64,000 nt of DNA, taken from Octopus bimaculoides. Taxonomy: Eukaryota. The position numbers were made by a program, and so were the translations under genes. Numbering within the stretch: the stretch's first letter is position 1; every line of letters begins with the position of its first letter. The notes under the pieces were generated by a model. That model had not been told where the DNA came from, made no database searches, and saw only the letters and a program-made list of their open reading frames with translations. Positions 26,847 to 40,600 of the stretch are shown here, one piece after another. The stretch covers positions 43,359,062 to 43,423,061 of the forward strand of contig NC_068991.1 of assembly GCF_001194135.2 (NCBI RefSeq), read 5' to 3'.

Positions 26847-29800
26847 ATATATTCAACTCAAATGAAAGTTAAATTTTTAAATTGTTACTGTATCCACCTC
26901 TGGATATCATTGATATTTTTTTTTATTGACCTTGAGAGAAGCAATTGACAGAGTCAGTTGTTGAAATGTGAAACACTCAACCAGACACAATATACATAAA
27001 ATTTTGTAATTTTGCTTCTTGCTATCTTTTAAATAATTTATCAGTGATAGCCAATAAAATGAATTTTAAATTGAAATATTTTAATAAAAAGGATATGAGT
27101 GTTTGCGTGAGAAGTTTGCTTCCCAGCTGCAGAGTTTCATGGTCAGTCCTATTGTGTACATTGGACAAGTGTCTCATTATAACCCTGGAGCAACCAAAGT
27201 CTTGTGGAAGGATTTGGTACACAGACAAATTCAAGGAAACCTGTTGTGTGCATTTATGTGTATACATATATGACTGACAGACAGACAAGAAAAACAGTGG
27301 ATATCAGAAAGAGTATACATTTTGGAGGCATACACATTTGAGCTAATGAGACTGTCATTATGATATAAGTAACTATCATTTGGTTGCATTTTTCAATCTA
27401 AAAGCATGATGATGTTCAAATAACATTAATGACTACATATGTTGCAAGGGAAGAGGAGATGGAGAAACAGGGTAACAAAATATGAATAGTTATCCTAAGG
27501 TAGTTTCTGGGTAACAAGTAGCTATTTTAGCTCCATTTTATGTATTCATGTGTATGTATGTATATGCATGTGATAGTGTGTGTGTATGTGTAAGAGAGAG
27601 AAAAGCAAAAGTGAGCTGAAGGGAGGAGAGATTTCTTAAATAAATTAAAGTCTCAAATTCTCCATCTTTTGTCAGGTTTAGATATCTTTGATATCAACAT
27701 GAAAATAGATTCCCTATAGTCTGAAATACAGATATAAGTTATCCAGTTGAAAAATGAAGAAAAACTCAAGAAGTTATCCAGTATAAACTCAAGATACCTA
27801 CTAAGCTTCAATAAATCAATAAATACAAGCAACACTTATTGTCAGTAGACTAATTCTTGAATGTTCTATTTTGTTAGCAGGAAAAAGAATACAGCTGACT
27901 GAGTAAAGCAGTAATTGTTGTTTAGAAGACTCAGGATATTTAGCTCTCATTATTGATTTTTCTGTCACTGTTAGTCTTTGGACCAAATGTGAATTGTGAA
28001 AATAGTAATTATATTGGTTGAACTAGATGGTTATCTGCTTGTTTTCAAATAGGGAATTTCATGAAAGATTTTAAATAATCATATAATTTTAGCAAATAAT
28101 CATTTAAATAGATAGAAACAGTTGTTTACATTGCATGTCTAAACTCATCAGTTACTCTTATTTTACGTTGCAATTCTGTTTATCTATGATAGCTATTTAT
28201 AACTTCATCATAGAAATAGATGTTCTTTCTAGATTTACCAGTCTCTTTGTGATTTAAAAATGGCTGTTATTATGTCAACTATTTTGGGATACCCAGAAAA
28301 CATATTTATGCACAGATTGCTTAATAAAATATTTGACTCAAGAATTGATATTTGAGACAATAAAAAGTTTCAGATCTCCAGGGAATATCAAATTTGAGTA
28401 GCACACAATCTGTATAGTATTTGTATGTTTACTTCCAAGTTTTGGTATCATAAATAGCAAAGGAAGACTATAACCACATATTGATCCTTTCATTTTTCTA
28501 ACCTATCAACATTTTGAGAAAACTATCTGGAGCACTATCAATTCTGTCTTCCACATTTAACTTGGCATTTCTTTCTATCATAGCTGAAATGCCAAGAAAC
28601 ATGATATTGGTAAAATATCTATCTTCTGATCTCTGATCATGGTTGGAGCTGCTTACACTGAGAAAATAGACAAAGCTGTATGAGGCCAGTGAAATTGATG
28701 TTCACTTTAAACTGTGGCACTTAAGTGGTTGGAAGTAGTTTAGACAAAAAGAGATCATCAGAAGGTAAATTTATAGGAAAGAACGACTTAGTAAAGGCTT
28801 TAATATAGAATTTGGAATGAAAGAGGAATCTGAAACAAAGGAATTAAAAATTTAAGTACATTCACATCTATGGAAGAAACAGTTTGGAAACTGAGGAGTG
28901 AAACCCACTGTAGTATCAATAGTAGAGACTGAGAAGGAGTACATATTGATAATGAGTCAGTAGTTGTAAACTGCTGATGAGTAATAATTTGCTTATCAGG
29001 CAGTTAATTTTTTCTTGGATGTAGTCTACAATGTATGCATTTGTAGATCCCAAAAGCATGAATAATATTCCAGTTTAAGTTCTGCAGAATGTTAGATGCT
29101 GATGGTTAATATCACTCTTACTTGTACAAACACAATTTTTATAATATACTAAGTGAAAATATTAGAAAATACTAGAAAGACAAACTTGATACTTTGTTAC
29201 TTTGTAATGCAGTCTGCATGTAGATTGATTACCTGCTGAGACCCCCTTCGGTCATTGACTGACCATGGGATTGCACCTAGAAAGTTACCCTTGCAGGCAC
29301 AAGTCCGGGCAAGGTTGTTTATGGAAGAGCAGCAGTCACCCATGCATACTGGCCTCCCCTCTCCATGCCACCAATGTTATCCAAGGGAAAGGCAAAGACA
29401 GATACAGCTTGGCACCAGTGATGTCGCAACTCATTTCTACAGATGAGTGAACTGGAGCAACATGAAATAAAGTGTCTTGCTCAAGAACACAACATGCAGC
29501 CCGGTCTGGGATTCGAACTCACCTCACGATTATAAGCTTGACGTTCTAACCACTGAGCCATGCACCTTCACATTGATTACCTAGGTACCCCAAAATACTT
29601 AGCATACTAACAGCTGTCTTAAACTTACAAAGAGATTCACTATAATTGATGACATTAAAGAGATAAACTTATTACTTCACAGTACTTATATTATCTATAG
29701 TTTACACAAAATCAGTTCCTCTGACTAACAAAATTTGTTAATATCCTGGCCATACAATAATAAAAATTTTAGCAAATGAATTTGGACAGCAACTGATTTA

Positions 29801-31165
29801 TATTGAAGAAAATATGATGAACATTAATAACTAGAAAAACAAAAACAGTAAAAACATATTTCAGTTTTTAGAAAAATAAATAAAATGGACATATAATTTC
29901 CAAAAGTTTTAAGCTCATGAAATGTAAATTGATTGTGTTTCCATAATAGTTATATCAAGCCAAGTTTAGTCAGCTTCTTATGATGCCCATTACTATGAGA
30001 ATATTTTAAAGGAATTGTACATAAATTAAGTTGCAAGTTTCAGACTAATTAGAACATTTGATCCTTTGCTCAAGCACTAATAAAAAAAAAAAAAAGGTCG
30101 TATTTTTTCAGAGTATACACTTTTTGACCCAGATACCTACTTTTCCCTGCTGCGACTTATTTTCAATTCTCTTTCTTTTACTATTTTTATCTGCCTTTAA
30201 ACTTTAATGCAAAATAAACATATATTTGTTTTATTTAATCCTGAGTGACATGTCATATTTCTCTATTCTAGATTAGATTTCACTTTAGCTGTCACCAAGC
30301 TTAAAGATTTTAAAGAATATTGAGAACTTAAGAAATATCCTCACATAAAAAAAAAAAAAAAAAAAAAAATGTACAGATGAAATACAACAGCCTTTTAATC
30401 TCTCTAGAGAATTTTACATGCTAAATTATTCTGAAACAGATTTTTTATAATATTCAGTCAAGCTAATTTTCATCTGAAAATATATGAGTGTTGTATGAAA
30501 TTCTTACATGAAAGTTAAAATTTTTCCCATAGTTTTGCACTGTTGCCTTTTATTTTCTGAAATTTATCATCTCATTGAAGCTTCAGTGTATCAAATCTAA
30601 TCAATGTTTAATCTCACTTGGCTAATAATTATTATGTAACAACAAAATAATCAAAGCTTCTTTCATTCTTTATGAAGAAATAAGAATAATTTCATTGCAC
30701 TGGACAAATAATGTTGTACAGTTACTCTTTTACTTGTTTCAGTCATTTGACTGTGGCCATGCTGGAGCACTGCCTTTAGTCGAGAAAATCGACCCCAGGG
30801 CTTATTCTTTGTAAGCCTAGTACTTATTCTATCGGTCTCTTTTTGCCGAACCGCTAACTTACGGGGACGTAAACACACCAGCATCGGTTGTCAAGTGATA
30901 GTGGGGCAAGCGATGGTGGAGGGGGACAAACAAAGACACACAAACACACACACACACANNNNNNNNNNNNNNNNNNNNNNNNNNNNNNNNNNNNNNNNNN
31001 NNNNNNNNNNNNNNNNNNNNNNNNNNNNNNNNNNNNNNNNNNNNNNNNNNNNNNNNNNNNNNNNNNNNNNNNNNNNNNNNNNNNNNNNNNNNNNNNNNNN
31101 NNNNNNNNNNNNNNNNNNNNNNNNNNNNNNNNNNNNNNNNNNNNNNNNNNNNNNNNNNNNNNNNN

Positions 31166-31201
<36 letters not shown>

Positions 31202-32938
31202 ATATATACGACGGGCTTCTTTCAGTTTCCGTCTACCAAATCCACTCACAAGGCTTTGGTCGGACCAAGTCTATAGTAGAAGACACTTGCCCAAGGTGCC
31301 ACGCACTAGGACTGAACCCGGAACCATGTGGTTGGTAAGCAAGCTACTTACCACACAGCCTATTAAGAAGGTATTAAAAAATATTTTTTGATTGTCATTG
31401 TTGCAGTGGATATTGCAGTATGTCAATTTCTACAGAAATCAAATTTTGGACTCTGGTTTCAATTTCCTAATTTATGTAACACATTGGTGGGGTAAAAACT
31501 GCATTACATTGTTCCATTTCTTTTATAAATTTGAGACTTTCTACTTTAAGAGACCATTCTTTTGATTAATGCATGATATGGCAATACATTCTCTTTGAAT
31601 GAAATTTTGTAGATTAGTTTCCATTCATGGTTAGAACAGCTTCACCCCTTGATTTTGGGGATTTCATGCTTTTTTCTTTGAAAAAAAAGGAAGGCTTGTT
31701 TTAGTCACACAATGAGACAACTTACTTCAGTCTTCGTTTTTTGAAGCTGGGACTTGTTATCATCAAGTTCATCCATGACATCAGATAAAAGCTCGGTCTT
31801 CTCTTCTCTAATGACAAAAAAAATAAAAAAATAAAAAATGTTTAAGAAAAATAAAATAAGATGATTGAATAATCTAGAGCAGAATAGAAATCATGAAGAT
31901 ATATCTAAAATATATATTTTCTACATAAGGGTAAAGTAAAAATTATACAATTTAAAAAAATCTTTTATTTGAAAGACTCAATTTTATTTGTTTCATTATT
32001 AAATGACATAAATCTAAACTGTTTATAAGTTATTGTCTGTTGGCAATGTGAATGTATCTCTTGGTTGTTATTTATACTTATTAGTAATCAACCATCTCCA
32101 CTCCAAATGTGATGCTGAAATTCCTGTTGGTTTTTGCGTTTGATACAAAGAATTATCTCTTCAAGTGATACTGTATACACACAATTGACTCTTGATGATC
32201 TATCTATTAAATCCTTGTGCTGGTGGCATGTAAAAGGCACCTGCTACACTCTTTGAGTGGTTAGTGTTAGGAAGGGCATCCAGCTGTAAAACATTGCCAG
32301 GTCAGATTGGAATCTGGTGCAGTTGCTGGCTTTCCAGACCTCAGTCAAATCATCCAACCCATGCCTGCATGGAAAATGGACATTAAACGATGATGATGAT
32401 GAACTAGTCTAATAGATTACAAAGCTAATAAAAGAAAATGGAGAAGAAAAAATATAATAGATACTTGGTTCATTTTATTTGAATTACAATGGAAAAGTAA
32501 TGAAAAGTAAAATTAATACATATAAGAAAAAGGATAAAAGAAACTGGATCAACAAAACAACCAAAAATTAACTGCAAAATATCCTACATGTTGCAATCTG
32601 ATAGTATGTTTGAATCATCAACATACAAACGATTATAGATGTGAAAAACCATACATTGTTGGGTATCTTCAAGGAAAAGTAAGTATATTTTCCTTGAAGA
32701 CACTGACTATATATGGTTTTTCACATCTATAATCGTTTGAATGTTGAGGATTCAAACATACTGTTAGGTTGAAACATGTGTAGGATTTTTCGGTTATTTT
32801 TTGGTTGTTTTGTTGATCCGGATTCTTTTGTCCTTATTCTTAAATGTATCATTTTGCATTACTTTTGCATTGTGATACAAATAACATGAACCAAGTATCA
32901 ATTATACATTTTCTTCTTCATTTTCTTTTATTAACTTT

Positions 32939-33004
<66 letters not shown>

Positions 33005-34633
33005 AAAGGGGTTTGCTTCTACACAAATAGGGATGTAAGAATATTGGTTTTGTGGTCAGATTTGTACCTGGAAATGACCAATGGGATTCTATTTTTGTTA
33101 AAACTGGACTTGATGAGTAACAAAGAAAAGAAAACAGAAAAAGACATTCAGCTGACAGGACATCAGAAAAATAAATGATGTCTTAAAGGAGTCAACCAAT
33201 TGGAGTGCTGGACTATATATAGTTAAATGACAAGTAACCAAAACAGATGATAAAACAAATGATATCCTCAAGTAGTTAACCAACCAAGATACTGGACAAC
33301 TGCCAGACAATAACAAACAAGTAGAATTGTGATTAACAAATAATTTCCAAAATGTTAGGCCATAGGTGGACAAAAACAAGTGAGATTTTTAAGTAAGCAG
33401 CCAATCAGGACTTAAATCTAGGTCTTGAAAAGCCTACATATATAAGGCAATATTTGCTCAAAAAATAATTCTGGTTCCACAGTTGAATAAGTAAAACAAA
33501 CAACAAACAATTCTGCCTTGCACAATACAACAGAGATAGTAACGATAAAAATTTTCTTACACTTTAAAATCTTTAACATGTTTACTTGCTAACACAATTT
33601 ATTGTCATGAAACGGATTTGAACTTTCAAATTTCTATCACATATTATTGCTATGAAATATATTGAACATTTGAACTTTCGTCATTTCTTATTGCTATGAA
33701 ACTTATTGAAGGCATGGATTTTCATCTTGGAATTTTGCCATGAAACCTATTGAACATTTGGCTTCTTTCAGCAGGTTTTATTGCTATGAAACTTTTTCTT
33801 ATGCATTTTCTTTTTTTTAAATGATACTTTAATAAATTTTTAAAAATTATAAAAAACCTAAAAATCCTCTTAAGACCCAGGTGCATTTTAACCAATTTTC
33901 ATATATTCCTACTTGTGTGGAAGTAAACCTTTTCCCTACACACACACATACACAATTATTTGCCAGCTCATTACTGTTTATTTAGTGGAGGCGCAATGGC
34001 CCAGTGGTTAGGGTAGCGGACTCGTGGTCATAGGATCGTGGTTTCGATTCCCAGACCGGGCGTTGTTAGTGTTTATTGAGCAAAAACACCTACAGCTCCA
34101 TGAGGCTCCAGCAGGGGATGGTGGTGAACCCTGCTGTACTCTTTCACCACAACTTACTCTTACTGTTGTGCCTGTAATTCAAAGGGTCAGCCTTGTCACA
34201 CTGTGTCACACTGAATATCCCTGAGAACTATGTTAAGGGTACACGTGTCTGTGGAGTGCTCAGCCAGTTGCACGTNNNNNNNNNNNNNNNNNNNNNNNNN
34301 NNNNNNNNNNNNNNNNNNNNNNNNNNNNNNNNNNNNNNNNNNNNNNNNNNNNNNNNNNNNCTAAGGCTTTTTCCCACCTTTGTGGCAATTAAAGAAAGGC
34401 CTGATAATATGGCCTTGTGTAAGAAATCATTGCCATTGTTGTGTTTGTAAAATGTTTTATATTGACATGTGTTGAATGCTTCTACATATTCAGGTATTTG
34501 CATAATATGTGAGAACAACTGTAAATGTTGATGACTATCAAAGTGGAAGTGTTACTTATTTTATATGTAGTCTTACAACTAGTATGAAAAAAGATTTATG
34601 CTATACACAAAAGTATATAATATAACACCTGTT

Positions 34634-34678
<45 letters not shown>

Positions 34679-37600
34679 ATCTGATTAAGAAGGAGTTTAT
34701 ATAGGAAACCTTTGTTTACAAAAACTGTCAAGGTTACTGGAATTACTAATAGCCTGAGATTAGACTACTTAGAATGATCAAGGAGATTAACAATTCCGGT
34801 GGCAAGTTCAAACATGCAACCAATCATTTCATGAAATCACCAATGTTTTAACTTCCAATTTATAAATAAATACCATGACATGGTAACTGAGTAATATACA
34901 CATATTATTAAGAAACAAATACAGATGAATCTTTCTTAATATCTGAAATACCAAAATACTTTAGTCTGTAGTTGATACAAGTTACAATTGGCTATAAATT
35001 AAACCCATTTCAGGAAATAGTCCTTCCAAAAAAAAAAAAAAGTTTTGCAGCAGAAATGAACTCAGTAGCTCTAAAGTGGTAGCCCAAAATATTATCCATT
35101 AAACAAGACTAGTGTCTAGTTAATTTTTTTAAATGTCTTCAGAATTTATTTATTTTCCAGAGTTGCTGATCTCTCAAAAAGTCTTTCAGGCAAAGATACA
35201 CAAACAAGGCTTGATACAATTTGGCAAAATTACAGATGATCTGTTAAATACACATCTCTCAATGATCATGTAATTTTTTTCCTTACAAAAGGATAAGCAA
35301 ACCTACATTTATAAAGTCCTTTTAATCACAGGGTCTCATAACTGGTATGTGTCTTCCCTTTCTTTTTTATACTTAAACTCAGAACTTGATTAATTATGCT
35401 CTCATTAATAAAGTACAGTACCCCTTTATCATTTGGAAGCAAAATGGATATGTATATCTGGCTACCAGCTCAAACAAATTACCAACTTAGAAGCATTTTG
35501 TTGTGTATTTTAAATGCACATGCTTTAGTTCACCTAACTGTTGAGAACAGAAACCAGATAATTTGAAAATGCTGTTGAAGTTAGACTTGCATCTAGTTCA
35601 GGAGAAAATTTCCATCACAAGTTTAATGTCATGATAATTCTAACACAAATACCCATATTGATATAAGAAAAAAAATTCCACTCGTGTTTAGATTAAAAAA
35701 AAAGCATAAAAATATAGATTCTAACAGGTTAGTTTACTTTTTCTTTTGTAGGTCTATACAAATTTAGAAAGTCACTTTGATAGGTTGTTTCTTGGAAACA
35801 AAAGATTATATAACTACTTTCTAAGTCAAATATTTTTATGTTATCTCCACAATGGAATAAATGTTGGAAAAAAAGAAAAGATATTGTTTAGTTAGTTTTC
35901 ACTCTTTAAGGATTTTTTCACTTTCCTTTTTACATGCTGTCATGGATCAATTAATTCTACCAATCTAGATATTTTTAAAATTGAGTCTGTAATAACTTAT
36001 TTCTAATGTTTATAAATCAAATGCAGCATGGTAGAGAGACCAAGGTTTAAGTTCGGTTTGTTAAGTGGAAGAGTATAAGATACTTTGCCCAAAAACCTAA
36101 TTACAAAAGCTGACAATTGATAGCTCCAGCAAGCTTTGACTTCTAAATTCTTAATTTAAATAAATTTGATAATTTCAAAATAATTCCTCCATTATAAGAA
36201 CATAATAAAAAACTTCAAGACTGAGTCTAGTCATTTTTTTTATAAAATTCACATATCGTTTGGCATGAGACAACGTACGAAAAACGAAAACAAGATAGAC
36301 AAAAATATAAGATGTGGGTGAAAAATATTTGTGATAATAGCATTTAAGTGAAAGGTTATCTCATGTGATGGCAGCTCTGATAGCAACTATCTGTGTATTT
36401 ATTAAAACTCCATCAGACCAATTAAGTTGATGGTTAAGATAAGCAAGGTTAAGCAGGCAGCCATAAATGGCTGGCATCCAGCAAACTCATATGACCAATT
36501 TAGTAACGATTTGTAATTCTGTAATCAGCTAGACTTCAGCAGGAATCTTGATAAGCTACATAAATGGAAATAGATAAAGATGTTGAACTCCCACCCGCAA
36601 ATAATGAAAAAAAAAACAAAACAAAAAAATCTATTGAAATAGCTATTCAACAAAGGGGAACAGTGTTAATTTCTTTTCGCTTAGAGAGAAATTATTCCAA
36701 CTGTGTTAGGTATTATCTGAGAGAGAGAGAGAGAGAGAGAGTGCTGAGATAACTTTCATAATGAAATGTTCTCAATAGTATTTTAAGAAAAATAAAGGGT
36801 TAAATAAATAAATAAAATCCTGAAAAGAAGCAGTTAATGGCAGACTATCCAACTTCTGTGGTTATAGAAAATCTAAAAATTGGAATAAGGATGATGATTA
36901 TCATCACTATGGCTTGAAATTAAGATAAACAGAAACAAAAGATTAAATAATTTACAATGTCCTTTTCCAGCTTTTAATCAAAGAAAGTCGTAATTGCAGA
37001 GACAATCTTTACACAGTAATAATCAGAAGGCTTTGGCATCTTCAAAGGCTTTATTCTAGTAATAGCTATATTCACAATCATTCCAACTTCTATCCATATC
37101 CTTTCATCCTCATATTTTTCCTTAAATAATAAGTCTTTCATTTATCAGTCAATTCCATAATATTCATATTTTTCTTTTAATTGTATAATTTTTCTAGATT
37201 TTAATTATATTTTTTCTACATTTTGGTTAAATCCTAAAAATATTACTTGATTCACAAATTGAGATGACTGTAAAAAAAAGTTTTAAAGGTCAAAGTAACC
37301 TAGCTATAAATAATCAGCTTAAGCATAGCATTTCTTGCACCTGGATGTAATATCAACCACTAAATGTGATACAGGCACCCCCACCCCACGAGTTACAGCT
37401 ACCTCAGGTTACATATTTTGTATCAATGGGAATTGTAAAGTATGACCACTAGTTTCAGGATATGATCTGTAATTTTGCTCCTTCAGAAACTTAGGCAAAT
37501 TTCAAGATTTATCTTCTTAGCCAAAAGGCTGCTTTTCACTGTTTTAACTAAGATCACAATAGTTAATTTGCAAAACTATAACCACGATACATACATATAT

Positions 37601-40600
37601 ACATATTTGTGTGTATGTATATGTGTGTACATGCAAGTTGATGAAATTTTTCACTGTACGTGTATTTGTGTATATCTTCTTGGATCAAAATGTGTGCCTG
37701 TGTATCAATCTATATAACTCAACCTTCACCACCCTATCTATCATCAGCACTAAAACCAATACAACCACTACCATTACCAACACAGTAACTCCTGAATGAC
37801 AACAACAGCAACACTAGTGTAAGCAAGATAGGCAGCTTCATCTGAAATTTCTTTTAAAAATCCAGAGATAATATAGTATTCCAGTCTATTTTAAATGTTG
37901 AATTCAATGTCTTTCATCTTATGTCAATGAGGATCAACTTAAAACTAAATAGCAAGAATGTAATTGACAAAACAATGTTACCACTACCAACACCAACATG
38001 AAAACCAATATCATTCAACTACAGTAGTAAGGCTGCAATTCACACACATGCAGCATCTTTCAGAGCTTGTTGCTAAGTCAGTTCTTAACCAAATGGAAAA
38101 CTATTAACGTTTTTGAAGAGGACTGGTCTCTAGCTACATTTTGGCATAAAAGAAATTGAGATTTGGTCCAGTAGAAAAAAGTTTACATCAAAATTTGTAG
38201 TGACATTATAAGAGAGTAAGTAACGCCACCAATCAAGTTTAGATCTAAATAACTTTTTTATTTTAAAAGCAAAATATATTTATCTTAGCTCCAATGATAG
38301 GTGAAAGTGTGAAGAATTTTATAGTTTTGATCCCATGCAACAAAAATTTGTGTCAAAAAAGTTGCGAGGTAAAATATCATGAAAAAATATATAAGTAAGG
38401 CAAAAAATTGGATTTAAGTATAATTAACTTTTTTATTTTAAAAGCTATCTATATTTTAATTAAGCTTAAATGATAGAGCTCAATTCAAGGAATCTCATGG
38501 TATCAATCTCATGCAATGAAATTTTAACCCTTTCGTTACTAACCTGGCTAAAACTGGCTCTGGCTCTGAGTACAAATGTCTTGTTTTCATAAGTTTTGAA
38601 TTAAAATCTTCTACCAAAACTTAGCCACAATTTATGTTCCTAACACTAGCTGAATGATAACTAAGTTATTTTACTAAATTCTTTGTTATATTTAAAGTAA
38701 TTGAAAGAAACATAGAGCATCTAAAAATAAATACAGTAACGAAAGGGTTAAATGGGTGATAATATAGTTCTACACTTTTCTATGAATATAGTTCTAGGGG
38801 ACTTTTGATATATGTCACCGGCATAGAAAAAGTTTAATTACCAAGGAGCTGATGCTGTTAGAATGAAAGTAAACTGAGAAAGCTGATGAGAATATGAAAA
38901 TTCCATCAACTCCACTTCATTTGACTGCAAAGAATATTACTAAAAAGGTTGATACTTGTAGAAGAAGGTCTGCAAGCTTTTACTGATAAAAATCCTAAAG
39001 GTGAATGTAGCATAAAAATTACAAGATGAGTTTACAAAGAGCACAGTTCCTTCACTGAACTTTACAAAGAGATGATGTACCATAAACATCACATAATTTT
39101 GTACAAGTTCTTAGCTCCACAAGTAGGTGATGATAATGAATAAGATAGAAGATGGCATCTCTCATTCTCTCAGTAACTCTCGTTCCACCACCACCCTCAC
39201 TGAATAGTCAATATCTTTTGTGGTGATAAATAAGAATCCTAATAAATATGCTATTAGGATTCTACTATGCTATTAGGATTCTTATTTATTTCCTAATGTA
39301 TTTCATGTCAAATGTTTTGTGCATACATATTATACTGTGCATGCTAAGAAATTCTTATTTGCATGCATAAAAGTGGTTGCATTGATTGTCTCCTTTTTTT
39401 ACCAAAATCATCCTTAGGAAGGCATTATCACTTTATAACATAAAAAATTTACTTATGGGATTCTGCATTACAAGATTTTTCAGGAATGCATTAATGGATG
39501 TATATGTGTGTATGTGAGCGATTCCTCTATTTTGGTTGGCTGTGAGGTAAATAAACTAAAATACTGCAACTTGAGGCAGTGTTTCAATTTGTGACCTTCA
39601 ACTTAAGAGTCAAACATGTTAATAATTCTACCAAGATATGTTAAAATTTTCTAATTCTTAATTTTTAAAAATCTTATCTTGCTCATTTGTTGAAAAGTTT
39701 TATAATGGTTAGAGAGAGGGTAAGGTAGAGAGATGAAATAAAAACTGCATGGGTGTGTTCTGGATACCACAGTGAAAGATCTTGGCAGATTATATCAACA
39801 GCTGATAATAATTGTTACAGCTAAATCATAAATGCAATAATGTATGATATCACATCAGGAATGGGAAAACAAGAATTTGTAATGCTCATATCTTCTTAAT
39901 GTTAGAATTATCACAAAACCTCTATACATGTACAAGAAAAATATTTCTAGTTAATTACTTTCATTGACTTGCCAAAATTGCAGCCATTTTTTTTCTTTCA
40001 GTATCAGTTCAACTCATAGATCAAGCATGATTACATCGTTATAGATCTTGGCACTGACTACCAACAACCTGCTACCAGTTTCACTGAAGTCTAACTATAC
40101 CAGCTAATATTTCTTAACACTATCATGTGTCCTTAATTACCCGTCTTCACTAATTTTTATTATTTTTAGAACAAACGTATCATGGTGGTTGTTTTTAGTA
40201 TATATATGAAAAGCTATAATCATTGCGTATTAATTTATAAATGAATGTATCTATCATACAAGTGATGCTGTTTCCATTCTTTCATGAATCCATATTCAGT
40301 TATATAGGGAAATATGTTGTTGGGAAATTGGAGTTGGTGAGAGCAAGGGCATCCAGCCATAGAAAATTTACATTGGTACAGGCTTAGCTGTGACACCTTG
40401 GGCAAGTGTCTTCGACTATAGCTCTGGGCCAGCCATACCCTTGTGAGTGGGTTTGATAAATGGAAATTGAAAGAAGCTGTGTGTGTGTGTGTGTGTGTGT
40501 GTGTCCATCCCCTTTTCTTGACATTGTGTCATAAGTTATAAATGAATGTATCTAACATTCTTTCATGAAACCATATTCAGTTATATAGGGAAATTAGTTG

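Noticed and set aside
30854-31391. Long ORFs spanning N-gaps (also 34193-34518, 61512-61802, 62794-63325)
   Set aside because: Length comes from X runs inside SINEs or microsatellites.
39246-39284. Short tandem duplications (19 nt here, 17 nt at about 62755-62790, ~75 nt degenerate at about 53800-53960)
   Set aside because: Ordinary local slippage; no further structure.
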